A DNA stretch of 41,128 nucleotides from Octopus bimaculoides (taxonomy: Eukaryota), in NCBI RefSeq assembly GCF_001194135.2, contig NC_068984.1:34042915-34084042 (forward strand), given 5' to 3'. How positions within the stretch are numbered: position 1 is the first letter of the stretch; each line of letters begins with the position of its first letter. The notes under the pieces were generated by a model. The model ran no database searches. It saw only the letters and a program-made list of their open reading frames with translations, and was not told the DNA's origin. The translations under genes were made by a program, and so were the position numbers. This document shows positions 11,718 through 22,900 of the stretch, piece by piece.

Positions 11718-12695
11718 TACAGTGAAACATGGGCCATGACTGCTGAAGACATGCGTAGGCTTGAAAGAAATGAAGCTAGTATGATCTGCTGGATGTGTAA
11801 TATCACTGTGCACAAACAACATAGTCTAAGTGCCCTGAGAGAAATGTTGGTCATAAGAATCATCAAATGTGGTGTACAAGAGAGATGACTGCGCTGGTAT
11901 GACTGCGCTACATATGGTTGAGGAGAGCTATGTGAAGTGTCACTCCCTAACAGTGGAAAGGATCCGTGGAAGAGTGAGACCCAGCAAGTCATGGGATGAG
12001 GTGATGAAGTATGACCTTTGAACATTGGGCCTCTCAGAGGTGATGACAAGAGACCAAGGCCTCTGGAGATATGCTGTGATTAAGAAGACCCAGCAAGTAA
12101 AGTGAGATCACAGCTGTAGCCTATACCAGTGTTGCATAACCAGCCCAATTAAAAAGTACCTTTGAATCATCAGGTGACATGCTGTGCTTGAGGACACCTA
12201 TTGAGTCAAATAAAATCAAATATCAAAAACCAAAATTAAATCACAATAAAAAATGGAAATTTTAGTTGTGACCGATGCCAGTGCCGCCTGACTGGCTCTC
12301 GTGCTGGTGGCACACAACAAGCACGATTGTTGCGTGGGTGGTTGTCAGTGCCACCTGATTAGCTCCCCATGCCAGTGACATGTAAAAAGCACTATCCTAA
12401 TGTGGTCGATGTCAGCCCCACCCTGCCCCAACTGGCTCCTGTGCTGGTGGCACATAAAATGTGGTATCTGAACGTGGCCGATGCCACTGCTGCCTGATTG
12501 GGTCACTTGCTAGTGGCATGTAAAAAGCACCCACTACACTCTTTGAGTGGTTGGTGTTAGAAAGGGCATCCAGCTGTAGAAACACTGCCAGACCAGACTG
12601 GAGCTTTGTGCAACCTGCTGTCTTCCCAGACGCCAGTCGAACAATCTAACCCATGCCAGCATGGAAAACAGACGTTAAACAATGAAGATGATGAT
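11718..12695 (+). mobile_element. RTE-clade LINE 3' end: ORF C-terminus, 3' UTR with tandem array, (GAT)n tail
   Basis: YSETWAMTAEDMRRLERNEASMICWMCN..LREML.IR.IKCGVQER*LRWY..RPSKSWDEVMKYDL is a typical RTE/BovB-like C-terminus, followed by the UTR and tail. Confidence 0.85.
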
Positions 12696-12767
12696 ATAAG
12701 TAACATATATATGTATATGTAATATATATTTATATATAGATAAATATACATATATACATATATATGT

Positions 12768-13641
12768 NNNNNNNNNNNNNNNNNNNNNNNNNNNNNNNNN
12801 NNNNNNNNNNNNNNNNNNNNNNNNNNNNNNNNNNNNNNNNNNNNNNNNNNNNNNNNNNNNNNNNNNNNNNNNNNNNNNNNNNNNNNNNNNNNNNNNNNNN
12901 NNNNNNNNNNNNNNNNNNNNNNNNNNNNNNNNNNNNNNNNNNNNNNNNNNNNNNNNNNNNNNNNNNNNNNNNNNNNNNNNNNNNNNNNNNNNNNNNNNNN
13001 NNNNNNNNNNNNNNNNNNNNNNNNNNNNNNNNNNNNNNNNNNNNNNNNNNNNNNNNNNNNNNNNNNNNNNNNNNNNNNNNNNNNNNNNNNNNNNNNNNNN
13101 NNNNNNNNNNNNNNNNNNNNNNNNNNNNNNNNNNNNNNNNNNNNNNNNNNNNNNNNNNNNNNNNNNNNNNNNNNNNNNNNNNNNNNNNNNNNNNNNNNNN
13201 NNNNNNNNNNNNNNNNNNNNNNNNNNNNNNNNNNNNNNNNNNNNNNNNNNNNNNNNNNNNNNNNNNNNNNNNNNNNNNNNNNNNNNNNNNNNNNNNNNNN
13301 NNNNNNNNNNNNNNNNNNNNNNNNNNNNNNNNNNNNNNNNNNNNNNNNNNNNNNNNNNNNNNNNNNNNNNNNNNNNNNNNNNNNNNNNNNNNNNNNNNNN
13401 NNNNNNNNNNNNNNNNNNNNNNNNNNNNNNNNNNNNNNNNNNNNNNNNNNNNNNNNNNNNNNNNNNNNNNNNNNNNNNNNNNNNNNNNNNNNNNNNNNNN
13501 NNNNNNNNNNNNNNNNNNNNNNNNNNNNNNNNNNNNNNNNNNNNNNNNNNNNNNNNNNNNNNNNNNNNNNNNNNNNNNNNNNNNNNNNNNNNNNNNNNNN
13601 NNNNNNNNNNNNNNNNNNNNNNNNNNNNNNNNNNNNNNNNN
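12768..13641. other. Assembly gap flanked by TA-rich microsatellite
   Basis: Run of N. Confidence 0.99.
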
Positions 13642-14550
13642 ATATACATATATATATATATATATATAATACATATACATATGTATATATATACATAAAC
13701 AGAAATGCCTTCAAACAATGAAATGATGGCTAAATTCTTCATTGTCCCTCAAATTTCATATATCTTTAGTAAATGAATGCTGGGTATTCACCAAAGTAAC
13801 AAAAGGAATGAATGAAATGTTGGATAAATGGATGACAGAGGAGGTGTTGCTTTTGACTCTCCATATGTTTACTATTAAAAGTTAGAATTGGACAAGACTC
13901 TCTGATTAGGAACTTCAAAAGGATTTATGGAATTTTCATTTCATAGAATGATTTGTTTGTGAACCAGTTCTGTTATTAGATGAACATAAGAAGGAGAGAG
14001 AGAGAGAGAGAAAAGCATATGTGTGTTGGTGGGGTGGGGTGGGAGCATCCTCCACCAGAGCGTAAGCATCCCTTAGCTTGTAGGCGTTAGGACATTCCTG
14101 TTGCTGATTCTTCACATTTGGCAGTTCTGGTTGTCAAACATCAACTGTTATTGATTGCAGCTTGACAAGAACATATGACTGTGTTCTTTTTCTCTGTTCT
14201 TCTGCCTACACTGCTCTTAGACCTTACTTGTCTTCTTGTCATCTGCCTTCTTGCCAAGTTAGCTTAAATAAACTTGGCTGATTTACATTCAACAACTTAG
14301 ATTCATTAATTTAATGGTGATGCCATCAAATACACATGCAAAATTTATTGGTCACCTGTTTACTGATATTGGTCAGTAAATTCCATGTGTAGTTCTTCCA
14401 TGGCAGTGTTTACTTTTCTTCTGATGGCATCATCCAATTTGATCTGGTATTTTGCTTATGGAAATTTTTGTGATTGAAAATTACAAGTTCCTGGATTAAA
14501 TGAAGGTAGAGACATATTGCATATCAATATGTTTTCAAAATATGCCCACA

Positions 14551-14640
14551 GCCATATGGCATAGTGATTAAAAGCATGGGCTACTAACCCCAAGATTCTG
14601 AGTTCGATTCCAGGCAGTGACCTGAATAATAATAATAATT
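14551..14640 (+). mobile_element. Short tRNA-derived SINE (tRNA-like head plus (AAT)n tail)
   Basis: A-box-like TGGCATAGTGA, B-box GAGTTCGATTCC, then GACCTGAATAATAATAATAAT; no acceptor stem or CCA context. Confidence 0.6.
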
Positions 14641-14654
14641 ATAATAGTAACATA

Positions 14655-15560
14655 ACTTTCATTGCCTTATCTATCATCTTACTGTCAGCTAGTATGGCTG
14701 GTTTGTCCTGTTGGATTCAGATGAGGAAGGCTCCCTTTAGCTCATTCATTCTCTTCATTTAATAACCTTTCAAAGTAGCTCTTCCACATATCTTTCTTTT
14801 CAGGATCGCTAAGAGCAAGTGGCTATACACACTTCTGGCACACAACATTTCGATTCTCTCTAACACACTGACAGACCACCCTAAACACTTCAAATCTCTG
14901 ATCTTCATACTGTAAGACATAGGCAAACCTCTTTCTCTTTGCATCTGTCCTAGCTAGATAAACCTGATGTCTAGATCCTCTTTTAGCTTATATGGTTCTT
15001 TGTTACCCACCACTTTTCCACTCTTTCCAAACCCATCTCTCCTCTTTTATGGCCCTGTCAATCTCACTGCTTTATCACCTTGGTCCGTCAGAATCTCTGC
15101 ACCAACCACAGATTTGGTCTGTTGTTCTCAGTAGATTGTACCACAAGAACATCCGTTTCTCATCTATATTGTATGTCTCTGTCTCTTCTTTCTTCTCATT
15201 GAAGTCTTCATTAAGGACATTTCTAAATCTCTGTCCATTTGAAAGATCCTTGAGCTTCCATAACATCTTTTCTCATATCAGTTTGTCACAGGATCCTTGT
15301 AGCCTTAAGTCTAAATTTGCTAACCACTAACCTATGTTGAGTTGTAAATTGTTCACCTGGGAAGGACTGGGCATTCATAAGCATAGTTCTGTCCCTGTTT
15401 CTGGTGAAGATGTAGTCAATCTGGCAAGCGTGCCACCAGATTTATAATTGATCAGATGGTTAGCAAGTTTCCTGAAGCTAGTGTTGCAAACCATTAAGTT
15501 ATTTGCATCACAGAATTCCAGCAGCCTTGTTCCCTCCTCTTAAAATACTTATCCCTGTGT
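14655..15560 (-). mobile_element. RTE LINE fragment (endonuclease C-terminus and linker), pseudogene
   Basis: EGTRLLEFCDANNLMVCNTSFRKLANHLINYKSGG, QIDYIFTRNRDR, QHRLVVSKFRL, LWKLKD, ICGWC, SKMIDKAMK. Confidence 0.85.
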
Positions 15561-15955
15561 CTGGAGCTCTTAAAAATAGGTGGCTAAATCTATCATGACA
15601 GTTTGACCATTTCACCATAGTAAGAAAATCACATTAATCTAAGTACAATTTTGTTGTGGAAAAGTTATGATCTGGGGGTAGGGAATATCACCCACATAAT
15701 TGCAGACATGCACCAAACAAATAAAATGAACATTACAATGAATTCAAAGATCTGCATACCAAAGATATATCCTATGTAGCCATTTCCTGTCAAATACAAC
15801 TGCATCCAATAAGATATACTATACATTGTATTCAAATGTTATTAACACCACTTTCATGAAAAGAAGAATGAAATTAAGAAACAGAAAACTAATTTGTTCG
15901 ATTAAAAGTTTTAAAATTTAAAAACACAATGAGAGAAATAAAGAGACAATGAAAT

Positions 15956-16012
15956 AAATCTTCCCATGGAGAGATTTATAGATAAAAAATAAATCTCTCC
16001 ATAGGGTGATTT
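15956..16012. other. 57-nt hairpin (14-bp perfect core, 24-bp extended stem, 9-nt loop)
   Basis: ATGGAGAGATTTAT (15966-15979) is the exact reverse complement of ATAAATCTCTCCAT (15989-16002); the flanks also pair. Confidence 0.85.
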
Positions 16013-16937
16013 CAATAGATTTTATTCTACACATGAAAAATTGTGATACTTTATACATACTTTATAATAATATGATAAAATAAACAAAAGTTATGTGTAT
16101 TTTAAATTACTCTCATGGCTTTTGCATGGTGTTATTGCTTCAGTTTCAATTCATTATTTCAGATAAAGTCACATATGAAACAAGTATTAATACCACTCCA
16201 AAATTATTATACAAACATTTGCTGGAAGTAAAATACATCAGAGAACCACTTTTAATTTCACAATTTACGCACTATAATTAAAATTCAAATTTCACTTTTG
16301 GAGTTTTAATTTCTCATTTTATGCTAGTTTTCTCAGAGGAGTTGAACTGAAAATAGAGAAATATAAGATTATACTCTTCCTTGCCATGAATAAATAAGGA
16401 TTTCTTTGGCTAGGCATACAGCCAGTTTGATAGTTGATAGATAATAAGTTGAGATAGTACTTTCTATGTTTTATTGATAATCATTTTATCAAACCAAAAG
16501 TATTGAAATATATACTCTAAATATATAGCATTTCTGCTAACTAATCAAGGCTTATGAGGCATCAATACATTTTGGAGACATGTTAATACTGCACACTTAC
16601 ACACATATACATACATGTATGCACGCACACATGCATATTTACATATTATAAATGAGATGACTTCCTGTTAATAAGATTAAAACTTAATGGATTATTAACC
16701 TCATCATTCGAGATGGAAAATGCAAATATTGAAAAATGTAATGCATTTGGTACAACCATCAATTAAATATTTACATTACAAACATCAAGCATATATTCGC
16801 CAGCAGAAATTACTCAATTTTGTATTCATATTTTTTTATTCACATTTTAATGGAACCACTCTTAATTCTGATCTAACTACACACTTGCACAAATATCTGT
16901 ACACCAAACATCTCTCTTATCTTATATTGTTTATGTA

Positions 16938-17116
16938 TTTTTCATTCATTGAACTGCAGTCATGCTGAGGCACTGATTTGATTGGTTTAGACAAACAAAT
17001 CAACCTTAGTACTTACATTTCTTTTAAACCAAGTATTATTTTAGCAGCCTTTTTTGCTGACCTGATACATTATAGGGACATAAACAAATCAACACCGGTT
17101 ACCAGGTGGTGATAAA

Positions 17117-17173
<57 letters not shown>

Positions 17174-17340
17174 TTATATACAACAGGTTTCTTCTAGTTT
17201 CCAAAACCAGATACACTCAGAAAGCCTTGGTCAGCCCAGGACTACAGTAGAAGATATTTGCCCAAGGTGCCACACAGTGGGACTGAACCCAGAACTATGT
17301 GGTAGGGAAACCAATTTTTTACCACAGAGCCATGCCTGCA
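16938..17340 (-). mobile_element. tRNA-derived SINE (family B) with an internal (CA)n
   Basis: Reverse complement begins GCAGGCATGGCTCTGTGGT..CTGGGTTCAGTCCCACTGTGTGGCACCTTGGGCAA (A/B boxes); homologous copy at 33650-34053. Confidence 0.8.
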
Positions 17341-17524
17341 ACTATCAAAATATTTGTTTGCTTTTACTTTCACTAGTTTCAGTAATCATATAAATAAAAT
17401 GTTTATTGTATTTATCTCAAAAAGGTAAAAAAGCAAACTTGCCCTGGATATAAAGGAACCTGCAGCTGATAACCAACCTTGAAACTGAAACCCAAATGTT
17501 GGTGAACAATGCTACTATATCTGG

Positions 17525-17942
17525 TACAAATTTTGGCACAAAGCCAGCAATTTCAGAGAGGAGAGAAAATGAATTACATCAACCCCAGTGTTCAACTGGT
17601 ACTTATTTTATCAACCTCAAAAGAATGAAAGGTAAGCATTTTGCCTGGCAAGCATTTTGCCTGGCAAGCTAACAGTTCTGCCAGTTCACATCCTTATATA
17701 TTTAGTAATATTGACCAAGAAAAAATTGCCACTGATAAATAATTTGTTTTATTCTGAGAACAAGGCCTGAAATTTTGCAAGATGACAACTCCAATGCTCA
17801 ACTGATGTTTATTTTATTGACTATGAAAGAATGAATGGCAAAGCTGACATTAGGAGCACTGAAATTCAGAATCTAATGACGGACAAAATTCCCCTGAGTA
17901 TTTTATTTGTCATGCTAATGATTCTGCCATTTCACCACCTTA
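17525..17942 (-). mobile_element. Two adjacent degenerate family A SINE copies (17525-17696, 17755-17942)
   Basis: ACCCCAGTG..AACTGGTACTTATTTTATC..AAAGAATGAAAGG and TAA..ATTCTGCCA..TCACCACCTTA match 31885-32111. Confidence 0.65.
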
Positions 17943-17989
17943 TCCAGCAAAACATCTGTGACATCAGCTTGTGGCAGGCACTGTTAGTT

Positions 17990-18225
17990 TAAAAGCGACA
18001 ATAATCTGACTGAGCTTACAGTCTTGTGGGAAGAATGATGCAGTTAAGCACTTGAATGAAAGAGTTCCAACTACCAAACCTTTTGCGTAATTTCTGAGAA
18101 AAGGAAGGCAGGCATGGATAGAACTAGTCAAGTTCAGCAGCAGAAGATTCCCTACCCAGTTAGTAAAGGGAAAACTTAAACCTAATGAAATAATAGGAAG
18201 AGAAAGAAAGGAGAGAAAGGTAACT
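17990..18225 (+). pseudogene. RTE-like LINE C-terminal fragment
   Basis: FLRKGRQAWIELVKFSSRRFPTQLVKGKLKPNEIIGRERKER resembles the LRW.GHV.R..R.PKQ.L.G.L..GR.R motif. Confidence 0.45.
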
Positions 18226-19285
18226 GTGCACAGGCTGGTAGTAGCCATCAACAGGTTGTCCCGCAGGAAACTCCAGTTGTCTTCCACATCATGTGATGCT
18301 ATATCCTCCTCTATTTCATCAAAAGCTTCAGGTAATACATCTCTAAATCTCTGTCTGTTTGCAGGATCCTTGAGCTTCCAGACTCTTATTATCCATGCTG
18401 GTCATCTTCTGGGCATCCGTTTAGCCCTGATCCTGAAGTCGCTAACTTCTAATCTATGTTGTGGGGGTGCATTCTTTACCTGAGAAGGTGTTGGCATTTA
18501 TAAGTAGCCATCTTTCCCACTTCCTAGCAAGGATGTAATCAATTTGACGAGTGTGTCCACCAGATCGGTAGGTGAATAGGGGACTGGCAGGTTTCCTGAG
18601 GTTATTATTATAAACCATAAGATCATTTGCATTGTAGAACTTCAGCAGCCTGGTTCCCTCCTCATTGCGGGAACCGAAACCATAGCCTCAATGCATGCCA
18701 TGGAAGCTCCCTGCATGTTGTCCAATATGCCCATTGAAGTCACCAGCCACAAAGAGAAGGTCCCTGTCATTCGTCGACGGGGTAGTCTGCAAGAGGGTGC
18801 CATAAAATCGGTCTTTCTGTTCATCAGGTAGCCTTGGCTGAGAGAAATAAGCCGAGATAATGGTTGCTAACCAATGTTGCAAAACTAATCTAATCGTAAG
18901 TATTCTATCACAGACTCTGACTATTTCGATTACCTTATCAACCCATTTCTCCGCAAAGAAGTATACCCATGACCCTGACCCTGTCATTGTTCCCTGTCCA
19001 GAAAATCTTATACCTATGTTCTTTGCCTGTGAGGAACCTAGCAGAACTCCCTCTCCACCTTACTTCTTGGATGCATCACAAATTTACATGTCTCTGTTCA
19101 AGTATCTCAGCAATCTCACCAGATCTACCTTTCAGTGTACCAGCATTAAGTGTGCCAACTCTGAGAGTGTGGGAGGTGTGGGTCTGTGAGACCCTTGGAT
19201 GGAGGACAGCAGTGTCATGCACCTGAAAAGAATGCTTGCATTTGCCAGAACTGGTAAACATACAATAGCCTTCAAACTGCATACA
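18225..19285 (-). mobile_element. RTE LINE 5' part: apurinic-like endonuclease pseudogene
   Basis: LRVGTLNAGTLKGRSGEIAEIL, EKWVDKVIEIVRVCDRIL.IRLVL, IISAY..DEQKDRFY, AGDFNGHIG, QIDYILARK, QHRLEVSDFRI, VEDNWSFLRDNLL. Confidence 0.9.
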
Positions 19286-19521
19286 CTACACCAAAGCACT
19301 CTGAAATGGTCATATTAGAGCTTCCAGTGTGAATTTCAAGCAGTACAGCATGTCTTTTCCAAATTTCTAACAGAGTGACTTGTGTCATGATGCTGTTCTT
19401 GTCACAGATGGTGCCCAACTGACTCTTCTATACCATGTAGTCAGCAAATACAAAAACAAATAATGTAGAAGCACAAAATTAAAAATATAAAATGGCGACA
19501 ATTTACCCATCGCACACTGTA
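19285..19521 (-). mobile_element. 5' end of a Tc1/mariner-superfamily element (maT/DD37D-like N-terminus)
   Basis: TA|CAGTGTGCGATGGGTAAATTGTCGCCATT terminus, then MTQVTLLEIWKRHAVLLEIHTGSSNMTISECFGV (HTH-like start); broken at the RTE junction; family call rests on recalled similarity only. Confidence 0.5.
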
Positions 19522-19523
19522 TA

Positions 19524-19529
19524 CACATG

Positions 19530-19609
<80 letters not shown>

Positions 19610-19610
19610 T
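19524..19610. repeat. (CA)n microsatellite
   Basis: Direct inspection. Confidence 0.97.
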
Positions 19611-20649
19611 ATGATTAGACCAAAAATCTTAGGATTCATAAAGGTGCTTGCTCCTTATCTGTATTTGACCTACACATTTTATCGTATATCAACGCATTTG
19701 CTTTGATTTGAATATCTTTCTTTATCTTTTTTACTTAAGTATTCCATTTCACTTAGCACATATTGTATTCATTTATGGTAATATAGTAATATATTATGGC
19801 TATATAGGGATCCATAATTACATAGCATATCTTTTCTAAGCTTAAACAAGGGGGGAATTTTTTAACACTATATAGTATATATGTTCTCTGATATTGTAGA
19901 ATTTATATCTATAAATTGTCATTTCCACTCAAGTACTCCATTAATCGTTAGACTTCTCAACATTTCACATGATCAACTTGTTAAATCTTATTGCTGTTTA
20001 TGAATAAGGACCCTTGTTTCTGATCATTTATTCAAGAATTTTTTAAAATTATAAATTTAGTTTTTATCTTTATTCAAAGAAAGACTATTTGATTTTTACC
20101 ATCATTTCAATTTAGGTATTTCATCACTCATCATTAAGGCTACTTCATTAGAAGTGTTCACTTTTACCTATTTATTTGCATTGACTGTTTGCAAAGGATA
20201 ATATAAATCAAATATGTATGGGCGTACTGAATGATGTATAAAAAAAGAATTATTAATGGATAGAACTTTTAATTTACTTTTTAGTTCAAGAAAAATGGCG
20301 GCTTTTTTTTTAAAGAGGATGGAAATCATTTGAATTAAGAAATAATTTTATAAAATTTATCCTCATGTTTCACAGAAAATGGAATTGATGTTACAGTAGA
20401 TGGTAAAAGTAATAACCTTGTTCCAATTTTTATAGCAAAGTATTAGTAACTTTACCACACAAGTCATATAGGGATAAATGTGTCCTTCCATTCATAAAGC
20501 ACACACAGACACTCACACACAAAAGGTAATTTTTATTTCTTACAAAACACATATATACAAAATTACACACATAATAACACATATGCATGGAACTACGCAA
20601 AAGCTAAGTTGAAATCGTGGCAGATGATAACTAAAGAAAAACAGTGTGC

Positions 20650-21285
20650 GTGCATATTTCAGCACTTCTCACTATCTCTGCCTGTGACAGAATGTGCACC
20701 AACATGAGATAGTTGTCTCCATAATAATCAATCCTTGGCAAGAGGATTCAGAAACATCTTGATGAGTGATGAAATACCTAAATTGAAATGATGGTAAAAA
20801 TCAAATAGTCTTTCTTTGAATAATGATAAAAACTAAATTTATAATTTTAAAAAATGCTGTGATGTTATCTCTCCAGCGCTTAGGTTGCCAACCTCTGTTC
20901 CTCTTTCCGTTAATTGTACCTTCTAAACAGATCTTGCAGATGCCACAAACCACTAGTTTAGTGTGGCCAAGCAGTTTGAGTACTTTATTTTGGATGACAG
21001 AGATGACTGGTGGTAATCTGGTTATTTGTCTAAAATCTGCAATTCTACGTGGCAAGACAGTTCAGTGCTGGTAATAATTTGCATTACATGATTCTGAAAG
21101 ACTTCGAGTTTCTGTAGTTCAAAACAAGTCCAGTTGACACATTCTAGCCTATATAAGACTACTAGAAGAACATGGGTACTATACATGCTTGAATCTATGT
21201 GGTATAGGATACATTTGGAAGTAAGTGCTATTTTGTTCTTATCAAAGGCAGGCCAACCAAGGGAATGGTGTATAGAACATCCTAG
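20650..21285 (-). mobile_element. RTE/BovB-like LINE 3' fragment, pseudogene
   Basis: VLLVVLYRLECVNWT.FELQKLEVFQNHVMQII; VLKLLGH..KICLEGTINGKRNRGWQPKRWRDNI. Confidence 0.75.
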
Positions 21286-21287
21286 AA

Positions 21288-21377
21288 CCCCATAGTGAAT
21301 TCTATTAGGGTAATTCACCCCTCAGTGAATTCTATGAGGCAAGTTCAACCCTCAGTGAATTCTATGAGGCAAATTCC
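21288..21377. repeat. Three tandem 30-nt units, each an imperfect palindrome centred on GAATTC
   Basis: CCCCATAGTGAATTCTATTAGGGTAATTCA / CCCCTCAGTGAATTCTATGAGGCAAGTTCA / ACCCTCAGTGAATTCTATGAGGCAAATTCC. Confidence 0.9.
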
Positions 21378-21389
21378 TGTTATGTACAT

Positions 21390-22900
21390 TTTAATGCATA
21401 GCACAGATGTTCAAGAATGTTTACGCGAGAAGTCCTCATACTCCAATTCCAGACACATCTAACCATGGTTATTTGTAGCAGTATTGTTTTTTTCCCAACA
21501 GGTTTATCTCTAGTGGAAGGAGTTCAACTAACTTTATTATGCACTTCTCACATCAATTCTGCTTCCAAGTGCCAAACGCTATTACGTATATCTCATTGAC
21601 ACATCGACCTCTCTTTTTGCATGAGAGGGCATAGTTAATGCAGTCTTTTTTTTCTTTTGAATCATGCTGGCAATAGCTTGGTGTGTTTTGAATTTTTCAT
21701 CCATATCCCAAACAAATGCGATCCCTAAGCTCTTGTTAACTGCATATCTTAATGATTTAATGGGTATAGTTGTTAACTATGAACTAGAACCTTTTTCAGA
21801 GGCTAGTTTTAGATTCCACTTCATTTTATCATTCAGTCTGCTCATCAAATCAGAACATTTTTTTTGTGTAATATCCTCTCTTTAATGACCTTTACCACTT
21901 GATGCTAACCTACTCCTTATCAATAACTGAAAAAGTCTTTTTCTTGCTGGTAGCCAGGCTTGATGTTATTTCATTTGATGTGTAATATTTATGATTTGAC
22001 CATGTCACAAAGTTGGTCACCCAAGTCCCACAGGGAGGTTTAATATTCTCCATTCAGCTTCAGACATCCTTTATCCAGGAAGGGCGGAAATGAACTTCTC
22101 TCTAATTATATTTACTAACGGTTGAAGTAAATGTCATATTAGGAACAGTCCATTGGATGAAAATCCAACGGTGAGATATTATCTTTCTGGATGTCGAGTG
22201 GGTAGATTGAGATTCATTTTAAGCAACTGATGCTAATTCTGCAACATCTTGACTACATATTCCTTCCAAAACTAGTAATTATCAATAACTGCTCCCATGT
22301 GACATTCTTTACCAATTGTTATTTTTGCTCTTGTGTCAGCAAAGATTTCTTTTGCCTTTGGTTCAAATCTATCTTTAAGTATCAGTACTGCTTTTGCAGG
22401 TTGCAAGAAATAGTCTTATTTAGGAGCAGCAGTGCAAAGTTAATCCCACCATTAATTTTTTTTTTTTTTTCTCAGTCAGTCTCCTACTGAGGAACTATCA
22501 TTTGCATACAATTGTTTACACTTTTCTGAATCTACAATATCTGCTAGTTGGTCTGTCATGGGTTTGGCACCTATACCATAAAAAACCTATGGCAGTAATG
22601 TCACCTTGAGTATAATCTTCTGAAAACAAAATTTCACATTTCTCCCAAGGAATGAGTTTTGCAAGCTTTTGATAATAAGTGTTGAGGAGGTATTGGTAGA
22701 ATGGAGGACATATTTGTACACATATTATGTGTGTGAAAAATTAGCAAAAGTTCCACACCCAATGAAAGACAAGAGACATTCAGAAACTGCAAAATTGAAT
22801 GTAGTTCATGCTCATGGTAGTTATCTCAACCTAACGTTGGGATATAGGCAACAATTTTCCCAAGAATATCGTTAAAGAAATGCAAAATATCTATTGTACA
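21390..22900 (-). mobile_element. CRE-like (RLE-type) non-LTR retrotransposon fossil: RT, Cys/His knuckle and RLE endonuclease start
   Basis: ICPPFYQYLLNTY..EILFSEDYTQGD..FYGIGAKP..KCKQLYANDSSSVG (RT, YADD-like); WNLKLASEKGSSS*LTTIPIKSL; INYALSCKKRG..HLEAELM*EV; WLDVSGIGV*G..TFLNICAMH. Confidence 0.75.

Noticed and set aside
4007-13742. Long ORFs of 200-385 aa in the track (4007-4813, 10960-11888, 12557-13742 and overlapping frames)
   Set aside because: They are runs of N read through as X, flanked by IYIY microsatellite translations
14024-14044. GGTGGGGTGGGGTGGG possible G-quadruplex
   Set aside because: Only three tracts of three or more G; short and common
14551-14625. Possible tRNA gene (also the heads at 17270-17340 and 32030-32111)
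   Set aside because: A/B boxes are present, but there is no acceptor stem and each runs into a SINE body or tail
17634-17669. 16-nt tandem duplication AAGCATTTTGCCTGGC
   Set aside because: Repair or slippage scar at an internal deletion of a SINE; no sign of function
21288-21377. CRISPR-like palindromic 30-nt repeats
   Set aside because: Head-to-tail tandem units with no unique spacers, no cas genes, eukaryotic context
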